Source: Octopus bimaculoides (lineage: Eukaryota). From it: DNA of 43,789 nt. The position numbers and the translations under genes were made by a program. Positions 34,187-43,789 of the stretch are shown piece by piece. The stretch covers positions 40,231,994 through 40,275,782 of the forward strand of contig NC_069000.1 of assembly GCF_001194135.2 (NCBI RefSeq). The letters are read 5' to 3'. A model generated the notes under the pieces. It had not been told where the DNA came from. It saw only the letters and a list, made by a program, of their open reading frames with translations, and made no database searches. Positions within the stretch are counted from its first letter, which is position 1. Each line of letters begins with the position of its first letter.

Positions 34187-34226
34187 CAAAGGACATCAAA
34201 GTTTTATGAACCTTTGATGTCCTTTG
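34187..34226. promoter_or_regulatory. Perfect 15-bp palindrome (10-nt loop) containing two TCF/LEF-consensus sites
   Basis: CAAAGGACATCAAAG-TTTTATGAAC-CTTTGATGTCCTTTG. The palindrome is certain; the regulatory role is inference. Confidence 0.35.
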
Positions 34227-34571
34227 CGGCAGTGGTTGTGTGGCATTTCGGATAAAGCCCTCTTCGAAATAATATAGAGTGGACGGGTTGTGAATAAACT
34301 TTAAGAGTTTAGGGAAAGGCGGTGGTGAGCGGAACGGCAGGGAAGGAGAAATGAGCCAGGTAGTATGTGAGCAGTAGGTCAATGACCTCGCTGGTAACGG
34401 CATATGCATATATACACAATCACACACATATATGTATATGTGTATACGTGTGAGTGCGAGAACGTGTGCGAGTATATGTGGATATATAAGTATTTATGTG
34501 TGTGTGTGTGTGTGTGCGTGTAGTTGCATGTACAGACAAAGTAATAAAGAATGCCAGTGTGAAGACAATGT

Positions 34572-34675
<104 letters not shown>

Positions 34676-34969
34676 GTGAAGAGATAGATCGACAGATAGA
34701 AAGAAAGACAGAAATAGATAAAGTTAGAGATAAATAGAGAGAGAGAAAGAGAGAGAGAGAGGAAGAGAAAGATATAGAGAGAGTAGGAGAGAGAAAGATA
34801 GAGAAAGAGAGATAGAAAAAGGGAGAGAGAGTGAGTGTGTGTGTGTGTGAGAGAGAGAATGTTTTACTTGTGTAGGGGGTAAATGTGAGTGATGGCGGCT
34901 GGGGAATATGACATTTTGTTAATGAGACACCTGTCGAGTTGAATGGACGGCGATAAAGGTTGTTACAAG

Positions 34970-35017
<48 letters not shown>

Positions 35018-35697
35018 GGTTGTTACAAGATCATCATCATCATCATTAACAATGTATCGTTATCATTGTTTTTGTTATTAGGTTGATGATGATGATGATG
35101 ATGATGATGAAAACAAAAAAGGGAAAACAACATAATTGGGCGGCGAAAGAATGTGCTTAATTTGATCGTCTTTGAAAACNNNNNNNNNNNNNNNNNNNNN
35201 NNNNNNNNNNNNNNNNNNNNNNNNNNNNNNNNNNNNNNNNNNNNNNNNNNNNNNNNNNNNNNNNNNNNNNNNNNNNNNNNNNNNNNNNNNNNNNNNNNNN
35301 NNNNNNNNNNNNNNNNNNNNNNNNNNNNNNNNNNNNNNNNNNNNNNNNNNNNNNNNNNNNNNNNNNNNNNNNNNNNNNNNNNNNNNNNNNNNNNNNNNNN
35401 NNNNNNNNNNNNNNNNNNNNNNNNNNNNNNNNNNNNNNNNNNNNNNNNNNNNNNNNNNNNNNNNNNNNNNNNNNNNNNNNNNNNNNNNNNNNNNNNNNNN
35501 NNNNNNNNNNNNNNNNNNNNNNNNNNNNNNNNNNNNNNNNNNNNNNNNNNNNNNNNNNNNNNNNNNNNNNNNNNNNNNNNNNNNNNNNNNNNNNNNNNNN
35601 NNNNNNNNNNNNNNNNNNNNNNNNNNNNNNNNNNNNNNNNNNNNNNNNNNNNNNNNNNNNNNNNNNNNNNNNNNNNNNNNNNNNNNNNNNNNNNNNN

Positions 35698-35812
35698 AGG
35701 TTCGAAATTTCCCCAAGACACCTGACGAAGGCTGGAGAGTATATCAGCCGAAACGTTGTGTTAACAACAAATAAGATGAGGACAAATATCCGACAAATGT
35801 AAATAATGTAAT
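35698..35812 (+). mobile_element. Penelope-like pLTR/3'-end fragment carrying a hammerhead
   Basis: The hammerhead is followed by gatgaggacaaatatccg..aaatgtaaataatgtaa. Second copy at 10358-10436. The 5' part is in the gap. Confidence 0.7.
35717..35762 (+). ncRNA. Minimal type I hammerhead ribozyme with palindromic stem III
   Basis: Stem I GACAC(35717-21)/GTGTT(35758-62); CTGACGA (35722-28); extra A; stem II GGCTG/CAGCC with 10-nt loop; GAAA (35750-53); palindrome ACGT; triplet GTT ending at 35757. Confidence 0.8.
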
Positions 35813-35906
35813 GAATTTTTGTATTAATAAATCACCTTTGAGTTGTTTTTTTTTGTTAAAATTCCGGCGACGAGGTTTAACTCTGGATCCACCCCACCAC
35901 CACCTC

Positions 35907-36103
35907 CTCAGGGAGATTCAGCGTGACACAGAGTGTGACAAGGCCGGCCCTTTGAAATACAGGTTCTACTCATTTTCGCCAGCTGAGTAGACTGGAGCAA
36001 TTTGAAATAAAGTGTCTTGCTCAAGGACACAATGCGTCGCCGGGAATTGAACTCACGGACTTACGATCGCGAGCCTAAAGCCCTAACCACTAAGCCACGC
36101 GCC
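35907..36103 (-). mobile_element. SINE family C, 3'-truncated
   Basis: rc GGCGCGTGGCTTAGTGGTTAGGG...GAGTTCAATTCCCGG, CORE-like TTGTGTCCTTGAGCAAGACACTT, then the family B module AAAGGGCCGGCCTTGTCACACTCTGTGTCACGCTGAATCTCCC. Confidence 0.9.
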
Positions 36104-36215
36104 TTTACATATTACACATGGATAAATACCAATAAACCAGTACTTGATGTGTGCGTGTGCTTGAATGTATAGCTCAGGGGTCACCAAGCCTTTTAGACTT
36201 GAGAAAGAACGAGAC

Positions 36216-36246
<31 letters not shown>

Positions 36247-36429
36247 CAGACAGACAGAAACAGAGAGAGAGGGCGGGAGTGAAATAGAGATGCGAATGAG
36301 GGTGCGTGTGTATATTGATAAAATGTTCGGGTATCTAAAATGTGTGAATGTAGGGTAGAGAATATGTGTGCTGCTGATACGCACACCTGTGTGTGTGTGT
36401 GTGCATACACCTGGCATGTCACTATTGTA

Positions 36430-36853
36430 ACTGTATGTAGGTTTGTGTATGTGTGTGTATATATATGTGGTTTGAGTGTGTATATATGTGTGTGTGTATA
36501 TATGTGTGTGTGTATATATATGTGTTATTAGCGTATAGCTATGAGAAGCTTGTGCGTGTGTGTATATATGTAGGTTTTTGTATCTGTGTGTATATATATG
36601 TGTGTGTATACATGTGTGTATATATAAGTTTGCGTATAGCTATGAGCAACGTGTGTGTGTGTATATGTAGGTTTGTGTATCTGTGTGTATATATATGCGT
36701 GTGTATAAGTGTGTGCATATATATATGTGTGTATGTACAAATGTACCTGCTTGTGTTAGGTGTAATACCAGGTGCGTGCTATTAGCGTATAGCTATAAGC
36801 AACTTGTGTGTGTGTACATATATGTAAGTTTGTGTATGTGTGTGTATATGTAA

Positions 36854-36897
<44 letters not shown>

Positions 36898-36950
36898 CTG
36901 TTTGTGTTAGCTGTATTACCAGGTGCGTGTTATTAGCATACAACTATGAG
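36430..36950. repeat. Long-period (about 100-150 bp) tandem repeat built on TG/TA microsatellite
   Basis: tattagcgtatagctatgag recurs at about 36525, 36630, 36780 and 36930. tgtacctg.ttgtgttag.tgta.taccaggtgcgtg occurs twice. Confidence 0.85.
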
Positions 36951-37591
36951 CAACACACTTCACTTCACGTTACTCTAGTCTATCGAGCTGCAAAGAAGCA
37001 CTAACCGGATGCTGGTGCAGCTGTCACATCCAAATGTGACATTTCAGGTGTGCCGCTNNNNNNNNNNNNNNNNNNNNNNNNNNNNNNNNNNNNNNNNNNN
37101 NNNNNNNNNNNNNNNNNNNNNNNNNNNNNNNNNNNNNNNNNNNNNNNNNNNNNNNNNNNNNNNNNNNNNNNNNNNNNNNNNNNNNNNNNNNNNNNNNNNN
37201 NNNNNNNNNNNNNNNNNNNNNNNNNNNNNNNNNNNNNNNNNNNNNNNNNNNNNNNNNNNNNNNNNNNNNNNNNNNNNNNNNNNNNNNNNNNNNNNNNNNN
37301 NNNNNNNNNNNNNNNNNNNNNNNNNNNNNNNNNNNNNNNNNNNNNNNNNNNNNNNNNNNNNNNNNNNNNNNNNNNNNNNNNNNNNNNNNNNNNNNNNNNN
37401 NNNNNNNNNNNNNNNNNNNNNNNNNNNNNNNNNNNNNNNNNNNNNNNNNNNNNNNNNNNNNNNNNNNNNNNNNNNNNNNNNNNNNNNNNNNNNNNNNNNN
37501 NNNNNNNNNNNNNNNNNNNNNNNNNNNNNNNNNNNNNNNNNNNNNNNNNNNNNNNNNNNNNNNAACATGTACCTCCCCCCACAACATATAT

Positions 37592-37748
37592 ACGATGGGC
37601 TTCTTTCAGTTTCCGTCTGCCAAATCCACTCACAAGGCTTTGGTCAGCCCGAGGCTATAGCAAAAGACACTTGCCCAAGGTGCCACGCAGTGGGACTGAA
37701 CCCGAAACCATGTGGTTGGTAAGCAAGATACTTACCAGACTGCCACTC
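37592..37748 (-). mobile_element. SINE family A head half
   Basis: acgatgggcttctttcagtttccg...gtgggactgaacccg...cttaccagactgccactc. Confidence 0.9.
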
Positions 37749-38107
37749 ATTAGCTGTATCTCCCCCTCTTTCTATTTCGACTGTCACTTCGTATTTTATT
37801 GTGACAGATTTTTCTATCTACACTCCATAAACGAGTATACATCCGTCTGGCTTATTCCTTTCGCCATTCATAGCTACGTGCCGTTCAAAGTTATTTTCGC
37901 AAGAGAATGTGAACTGGTAGAAAGCTGACTTCTCATAATCAAACAAGACTGGACTTGGGTTTGTTGACAAAATCGTGCGATGCGTTTTGAAGTTTATTTT
38001 ATTGTATTGCATTTTAATTTTATATCTCAACAACGTTCAACCGTTTTCCCTGTACTGCCTATACACATGCATACATACATACATACATACATACATGCAT
38101 ACATATA

Positions 38108-38207
38108 GGCGCAGGAGTGGCTGTGTGGTAAGTAGATTGCTTACCAACCACATGGTTCCGGGTTCAGTCCCACTTGGGAAGCAAGTTTCGTACCACACAG
38201 CTACACC
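38108..38207. mobile_element. Two SINE A heads fused in inverted orientation
   Basis: + head GGCGCAGGAGTGGCTGTGTGG...GGTTCAGTCCCACT (38108-38174) joined to a minus-strand head start (38175-38207). Confidence 0.85.
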
Positions 38208-38266
38208 AACACGAAGAATATTTTGATCTTGGTGTTCTATGTTCTCTTTTGTGACTCTATTTTTCC

Positions 38267-38375
38267 TCTACAATTTTTGTTTGTCATGTTTGAAATTTGA
38301 ATTAATTTAACCTGTTTTTAGACAAATGACGAGGAAATTGCAAGGATAAAAAAAAACAACAACACATTTATCTGA
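38267..38375 (+). repeat. Unclassified dispersed repeat, copy 2 of 2
   Basis: Aligns with 14228-14336. Confidence 0.75.
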
Positions 38376-38399
38376 CCCCCCCCACACACACACACACGC

Positions 38400-38571
38400 T
38401 CACACACACATGTATGTATATATGTATATTGTATATATACACACACATACATGCACAGTTATATGTATACACATACACGCATATATGTACGTGAATAATA
38501 CATGTTTCTCTCTGTATGTGTGTGTGTATATAATGTATATAATATATCTATATAATATATAGTATAATATA

Positions 38572-38659
<88 letters not shown>

Positions 38660-39427
38660 TATATTTATTTATATATATACAGATATATATATATTTATTT
38701 ATATATATATATTATATATTTATGTATAATATATATGTATATATACAGTATGTATGTAAAAATATAAGTTATATACATGAATATATAAATTATATACGTC
38801 CTTATTCGAATTGTAGCAAACAACAAGTTACCCATTTGATCTATTTACACCGTTAAATATGACCCGGTTACTCATACAAGAGGCATTGTTGAAGTATTTT
38901 GAAAACAATCTGAAACCGTTTAGAGTCATAATACAGAGAGGAGGAGACTAACCTCGGGAAACCGGTGTACATTTGTTATGTCTGTTTGTGGAAGTCATTT
39001 GTCAACTCATATGTGTGTATGCATTTATGTATGTATGCATGTATGTATGCATGTATGTATGCATGCATGTATGTATGTGTGTATGTGTGTAGACATATAT
39101 GAATGTACGTATGCATAAATGTACGTACGTATGTATATATGTATGTACGTACGTACATACGTATGTCTGTTTGTCTGCATGTATGTATGTATGTATTATG
39201 TATTGTGTATGTATGTATGTATTATGAATGTATGTAGGTATATTTTTATCATGTATGTATGTATGTATGTATGTATGAATGCACGTACGTATGTATGTAT
39301 TATGAGTGTATGTATGTATGTATGAATGTATGTATGTAGGGGTATGTGCATGTATGTATGTTTGTACATATGTATGTATGTATATATTTATGTATGTATG
39401 TATGTATGTATAGGTGTGTGTATGTAT
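38400..39427. repeat. Compound (TA)n/(TATG)n microsatellite field
   Basis: Long TA and TATG arrays with a short unique insert at about 38790-39000. Confidence 0.9.
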
Positions 39428-40300
39428 GTAGAAGAGACCGGGTCTAGTTGTTACATTTTTTAATGTTTTTGCCTTGACACCCACATAAATGAACACAGCT
39501 GAAGCTTCTTTCCAGATTTAATTAGTAAAACATCTCCATTTATTGTTATTACCAGCAAAAATCAGAAATTACTCAACATTAATTAGACAGGTTATAATTA
39601 ACGAGGTGGTGTCAGCTGTAACAATTTTCCCCGAGTGCGGGGTACGTTGTGTCGATAACTCGGAATTCTGTTAACAAACAAGTTCAAAATGAATACGTCT
39701 CTTGCTTCTTGCATCTAGGAAGTATTATTTTAATTAATTAACTGTGCTTGGAACCACCTCATATCCTAACTGTGATACTGAGAGCCCTCATCAGTCAATT
39801 TCCCCATTGCTACATGTGCCATCTAGTCGGAATCGTCCTCCATTAACTTCTCACCACACAGATCACAGAGAAAGTCCCGTCGTCCATCGGTACAGTCAGC
39901 GTGTGCCCAGTCTTTACAGATCATGCAGTGCACCCATTCTTCACCTGGAAGGGTGTCGGAATACCAATCTGAGCAGACAAGGCATTTCCAATCGGCGACT
40001 TGCTTGCTGCGAGACTGCTTCCCTTTGCCATTATCTATTTTACTTGACTTCCCCTTCCCCTTTGTTGCCTTTTCGGTACCAGTTGCTTTCTTTGGTTTGG
40101 ATTTCCGTTCGTTTATTCCATCCCCTATTCGCTGTTTTACGGCAACATCCCGTAATGATTTCTTTTCATCCACAACTTTTCTGGCGGCTCTTTCCATGAC
40201 ATCAGGATGGGTATCCCTCTCTTGTAATCTTCCTTTTATAATTTTTAGGCATGGCGTGTTAAACCGAAATAGAAGGGATAAGTGGTTACATGCTAGGGGT
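39428..40300 (-). mobile_element. Internally deleted pogo-like (Tc1/mariner superfamily) DNA transposon; one terminus visible
   Basis: Terminal motif GTAGAAGAGACCGGGTCTAGTTGTTACA (39428-39455), sub-terminal inverted (39617-33) and direct (39638-53) copies of its core, and a transposase-like ORF. The other TIR is not found. Confidence 0.7.
39823..40252 (-). pseudogene. Frameshifted transposase remnant: psq-type HTH start fused to a basic linker and PHD finger; no DDE domain
   Basis: ATG at 40252 gives MPKNYKRK. A frameshift leads to THPDVMERAARKVVDEKKSLRDVA, then C-x2-C-x15-C-x2-C-x4-H-x2-C-x8-C-x2-C (39856-39984) and a TAG stop at 39823-25. Confidence 0.8.
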
Positions 40301-40432
40301 AGATACATACATACATACATACATACATGTATGTATGTATGTATGTATGTATCTAAAAACTCTGACAGTTGACTATCTTATCAAGTATTTTATCGGCCAT
40401 GTTATATAATTGGTCTGAATGCTCAACCTCTC

Positions 40433-40462
40433 AACCTGCTAGAAATAGTAATCAAATTCCTT
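40433..40462 (+). repeat. Short dispersed repeat, copy 3 of 3
   Basis: aacctgctagaaatagtaatcaaattcc. Confidence 0.6.
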
Positions 40463-40483
40463 TTAACATCTCGATACCGGCAG

Positions 40484-40552
40484 TTTCACGAGCAGGCTGT
40501 TCCGTTGATAGGATCAGCTGGAACCCTCGTCGTCGTAACCGACTGAGTGCCA
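40484..40552 (+). mobile_element. SINE family B/C extreme 3' end
   Basis: tttcacgagcaggctgttccgttgataggatcagctggaaccctcgtcgtcgtaaccgactgagtgcca. Confidence 0.9.
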
Positions 40553-40972
40553 GTATATACATATATANNNNNNNNNNNNNNNNNNNNNNNNNNNNNNNNN
40601 NNNNNNNNNNNNNNNNNNNNNNNNNNNNNNNNNNNNNNNNNNNNNNNNNNNNNNNNNNNNNNNNNNNNNNNNNNNNNNNNNNNNNNNNNNNNNNNNNNNN
40701 NNNNNNNNNNNNNNNNNNNNNNNNNNNNNNNNNNNNNNNNNNNNNNNNNNNNNNNNNNNNNNNNNNNNNNNNNNNNNNNNNNNNNNNNNNNNNNNNNNNN
40801 NNNNNNNNNNNNNNNNNNNNNNNNNNNNNNNNNNNNNNNNNNNNNNNNNNNNNNNNNNNNNNNNNNNNNNNNNNNNNNNNNNNNNNNNNNNNNNNNNNNN
40901 NNNNNNNNNNNNNNNNNNNNNNNNNNNNNNNNNNNNNNNNNNNNNNNNNNTATATATATATATATATATGTA

Positions 40973-41021
<49 letters not shown>

Positions 41022-41463
41022 ATATTTAGGCATAGTTACTCACATACGTATATACGTATCTATTTCACACATGCATACATGTATATATATAGTATTAATA
41101 TATAGTGGGAGATGGATTTCTCAAATATATACATGTGTGTATATATGTATATATACGTATGCGAGTAAATATGTATGCATGTATATATGCATACATGCAT
41201 ACATGCCTGTATATATGTGTGTGCGTATGAGTGCAAATGTGTATGTATGTATGTATGTATGTATGCATAAAATGTATGACAATATGTATAAAAGCATGCA
41301 CGTATGTAAGGTATTCATGAATAAATATATGCATTCGAGTATATATTCATTATTTTTTTTTCTTACATTAATTTGCGGTTTTGGACTTTGAGGAGTGGAT
41401 AATCCCAGCCAATCGTGTTTTTGTGATCGGTAATGAAATTACTGGTTTCACCGATCTTTCTGG

Positions 41464-41544
<81 letters not shown>

Positions 41545-41558
41545 ACACACACACACAC

Positions 41559-41589
<31 letters not shown>

Positions 41590-41747
41590 TACACACTCTT
41601 TGTTTTTCTCTCTTTCTCTTTCTCTCTCATACACATGCACGCACCCCCCCACCTGCATATATATGTATTTGCATGTATGTATAAATATATATATATATGT
41701 ATGTATGTTTATGTATATGCATATATATATATATATATGTGTGTGTA

Positions 41748-41780
<33 letters not shown>

Positions 41781-42049
41781 ATGTATTCTTGTATGTTCGA
41801 TTGGTGGTATTAAACAGCCGATGTTTGTGGCGGTGGTGGCGACAGCCAGTGATGAAGAAAGGATCATTATTAATGGTATTAATTATAGTAACGGCGTCCT
41901 TAATTATTCAGCTGTGTTGGTGGCGTGTGTATAAATAAGTTTCATGATCGCTGCAACGAAACTGACTTTACCGGAAACTGTATGGCGGACATATTGAATT
42001 GGAATGAATAATTGTCAGATACAAAGGGGAAACAAGAACAAGAAGAAGA

Positions 42050-42540
42050 ATTACACGAACAAGGACTGCAACAGCAGCAGCAGCACCAACCAGTACTATC
42101 AACGTAATAGCCAGTGCCACGCGACGTCGACGACGACGCACTACCACCACCATCACTACCACCACCACTACCACCATCACCATTATCACCACCATCACCA
42201 CCACCATCACGACCAATACCACCACCGTCACCACAAAGATCACCACCTTCACAAACACCAGCACTACTATCACCACCACCACCCGCACCATTACCACCAC
42301 CACTACCACGGCTACTACTGCCATCATTACCATCACGTCGACGACGACCACCGCTACTTCTACTACCACCACCACTACCACAACCACCACTGTCACAACC
42401 ACCATTACTACTACCACCACCACCAACACCAACACCAACACTACAACCAGTATCACCACCATCACCACCACCAATTCCACCAGTACTACCACCACCATCA
42501 CTACCACCACCACCACTACCACCACAATTGCTGTTATTTG
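42050..42540. repeat. (ACC/ACT/ATC)n trinucleotide-rich tract
   Basis: Source of the poly-H, poly-P and poly-V ORFs. Confidence 0.9.
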
Positions 42541-43228
42541 TAGCACGCTAAACGTAGTTGGATTACCTTGAAGTTTGTTTAAATTAGAGATATATTACAA
42601 CTACGATAAATTACTGAAAAAATATTTATTANNNNNNNNNNNNNNNNNNNNNNNNNNNNNNNNNNNNNNNNNNNNNNNNNNNNNNNNNNNNNNNNNNNNN
42701 NNNNNNNNNNNNNNNNNNNNNNNNNNNNNNNNNNNNNNNNNNNNNNNNNNNNNNNNNNNNNNNNNNNNNNNNNNNNNNNNNNNNNNNNNNNNNNNNNNNN
42801 NNNNNNNNNNNNNNNNNNNNNNNNNNNNNNNNNNNNNNNNNNNNNNNNNNNNNNNNNNNNNNNNNNNNNNNNNNNNNNNNNNNNNNNNNNNNNNNNNNNN
42901 NNNNNNNNNNNNNNNNNNNNNNNNNNNNNNNNNNNNNNNNNNNNNNNNNNNNNNNNNNNNNNNNNNNNNNNNNNNNNTTCTTTCCGTGGTTATCTAAGAA
43001 TTATCAAGTGAATTTGTTACTATGGCTATTTGATACGCTATATGTATTCAAATATCTCTATGTGATCGGTGTTGTTTTTTTTGCTGACCATTTTTCGGTT
43101 GTTGCCTCAGAAATGTCAAAACGAACAGCTGGTTTTGTTCGTTAATTTCCGTAATTTTTTCATTTCTTTTTTAACTTTTGTTTTAAAGTGTGCGTGTGTG
43201 TTTGTTTGAGTGTGTGTATGTGTTTGTT

Positions 43229-43263
<35 letters not shown>

Positions 43264-43569
43264 ATTTGTGGGTGTATATATATCGTAGTAAATATCTACT
43301 GTAGTTTTTTTTTCTGAGTCTCACTCGTATGAGTGTGAGTGCAGCTGAATCTTCCCCAAATCGCAAGCTATCATTTTCAGGAACGGGACTACATTTCACA
43401 AATATGATCCGCATGCGCCGTATTTGAAAAACAAAAATACGATGGAACGGTCACTGTTGGATTGCTTTAGATCATTAGTCTGCACACCACACCACACCAC
43501 ACCACTAAGGCTGATTCTAGGAATAAACAATAGAGATAATAACATTATCTGCATTACATAACAGTGACA

Positions 43570-43789
43570 CCAAACTACCACCACCACCACCACCGTCATC
43601 ACCATCACCATCATCAACTTCACCACCAACGCCGCCATCACCATCACCACCACCACCATCACCGTCTCTACCACTATAACCACCACCACCACTACAACGA
43701 CGACCAACACCACCACCATTTCCACCGCTATCACTACAACCACCACTACTACCTCCATCACTGTCGCCACTACCACCACCACCACCACC
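43570..43789. repeat. (ACC)n-rich tract to window end
   Basis: Low-complexity CAC/ACC repeats. Confidence 0.9.

Noticed and set aside
33880-34226. pre-miRNA interpretation of the 34187-34226 hairpin
   Set aside because: The stem stops at 15 bp and the flanks do not pair, which is too short for Drosha/Dicer processing.
41968-42551. Poly-Pro, poly-His and poly-Val ORFs (also 31743-32479, 43396-43788)
   Set aside because: Three overlapping frames of (ACC)n-type trinucleotide repeats. No splice or homology support for an extensin- or mucin-like gene.
43369-43560. Acceptor-like tcattttcag followed by an open frame NGTTFHKYDPHAPYLKNK...
   Set aside because: No credible donor, the frame runs into CACAC repeats, and there is no recognisable homology.

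Overview
This is eukaryotic, repeat-saturated, mostly non-coding DNA from a gapped draft assembly with 13 N-runs. It has no prokaryotic features and no intact multi-exon gene that I can support. The SINE families and very high microsatellite content suggest an octopus/cephalopod genome (inference). Most of the window is five tRNA-derived or LINE-tailed SINE-like families, which I label A-E locally (about 35 copies or fragments that visibly share modules), plus micro/minisatellites. Nearly all ORFs in the track are artefacts of simple repeats or N-gaps. Two genuine coding remnants exist: a Penelope-like retroelement fragment (32521-32719) and an internally deleted pogo-like DNA transposon whose psq-type N-terminus is fused to an intact PHD finger (39823-40252). 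The most notable signal is RNA-level. Two well-formed minimal type I hammerhead ribozymes of unrelated sequence families lie at 8473-8512 (inside a 19-bp inverted repeat) and 35717-35762, with further decayed or permuted hammerhead-like motifs at about 10.36, 19.03, 21.65 and 33.9 kb. This matches the known Penelope/hammerhead association. Other items are a perfect 127-bp Tc1/mariner MITE, a twin-hairpin module shared by two SINE families, a perfect 15-bp palindrome of two TCF/LEF-consensus sites, and one candidate 46-nt exon.
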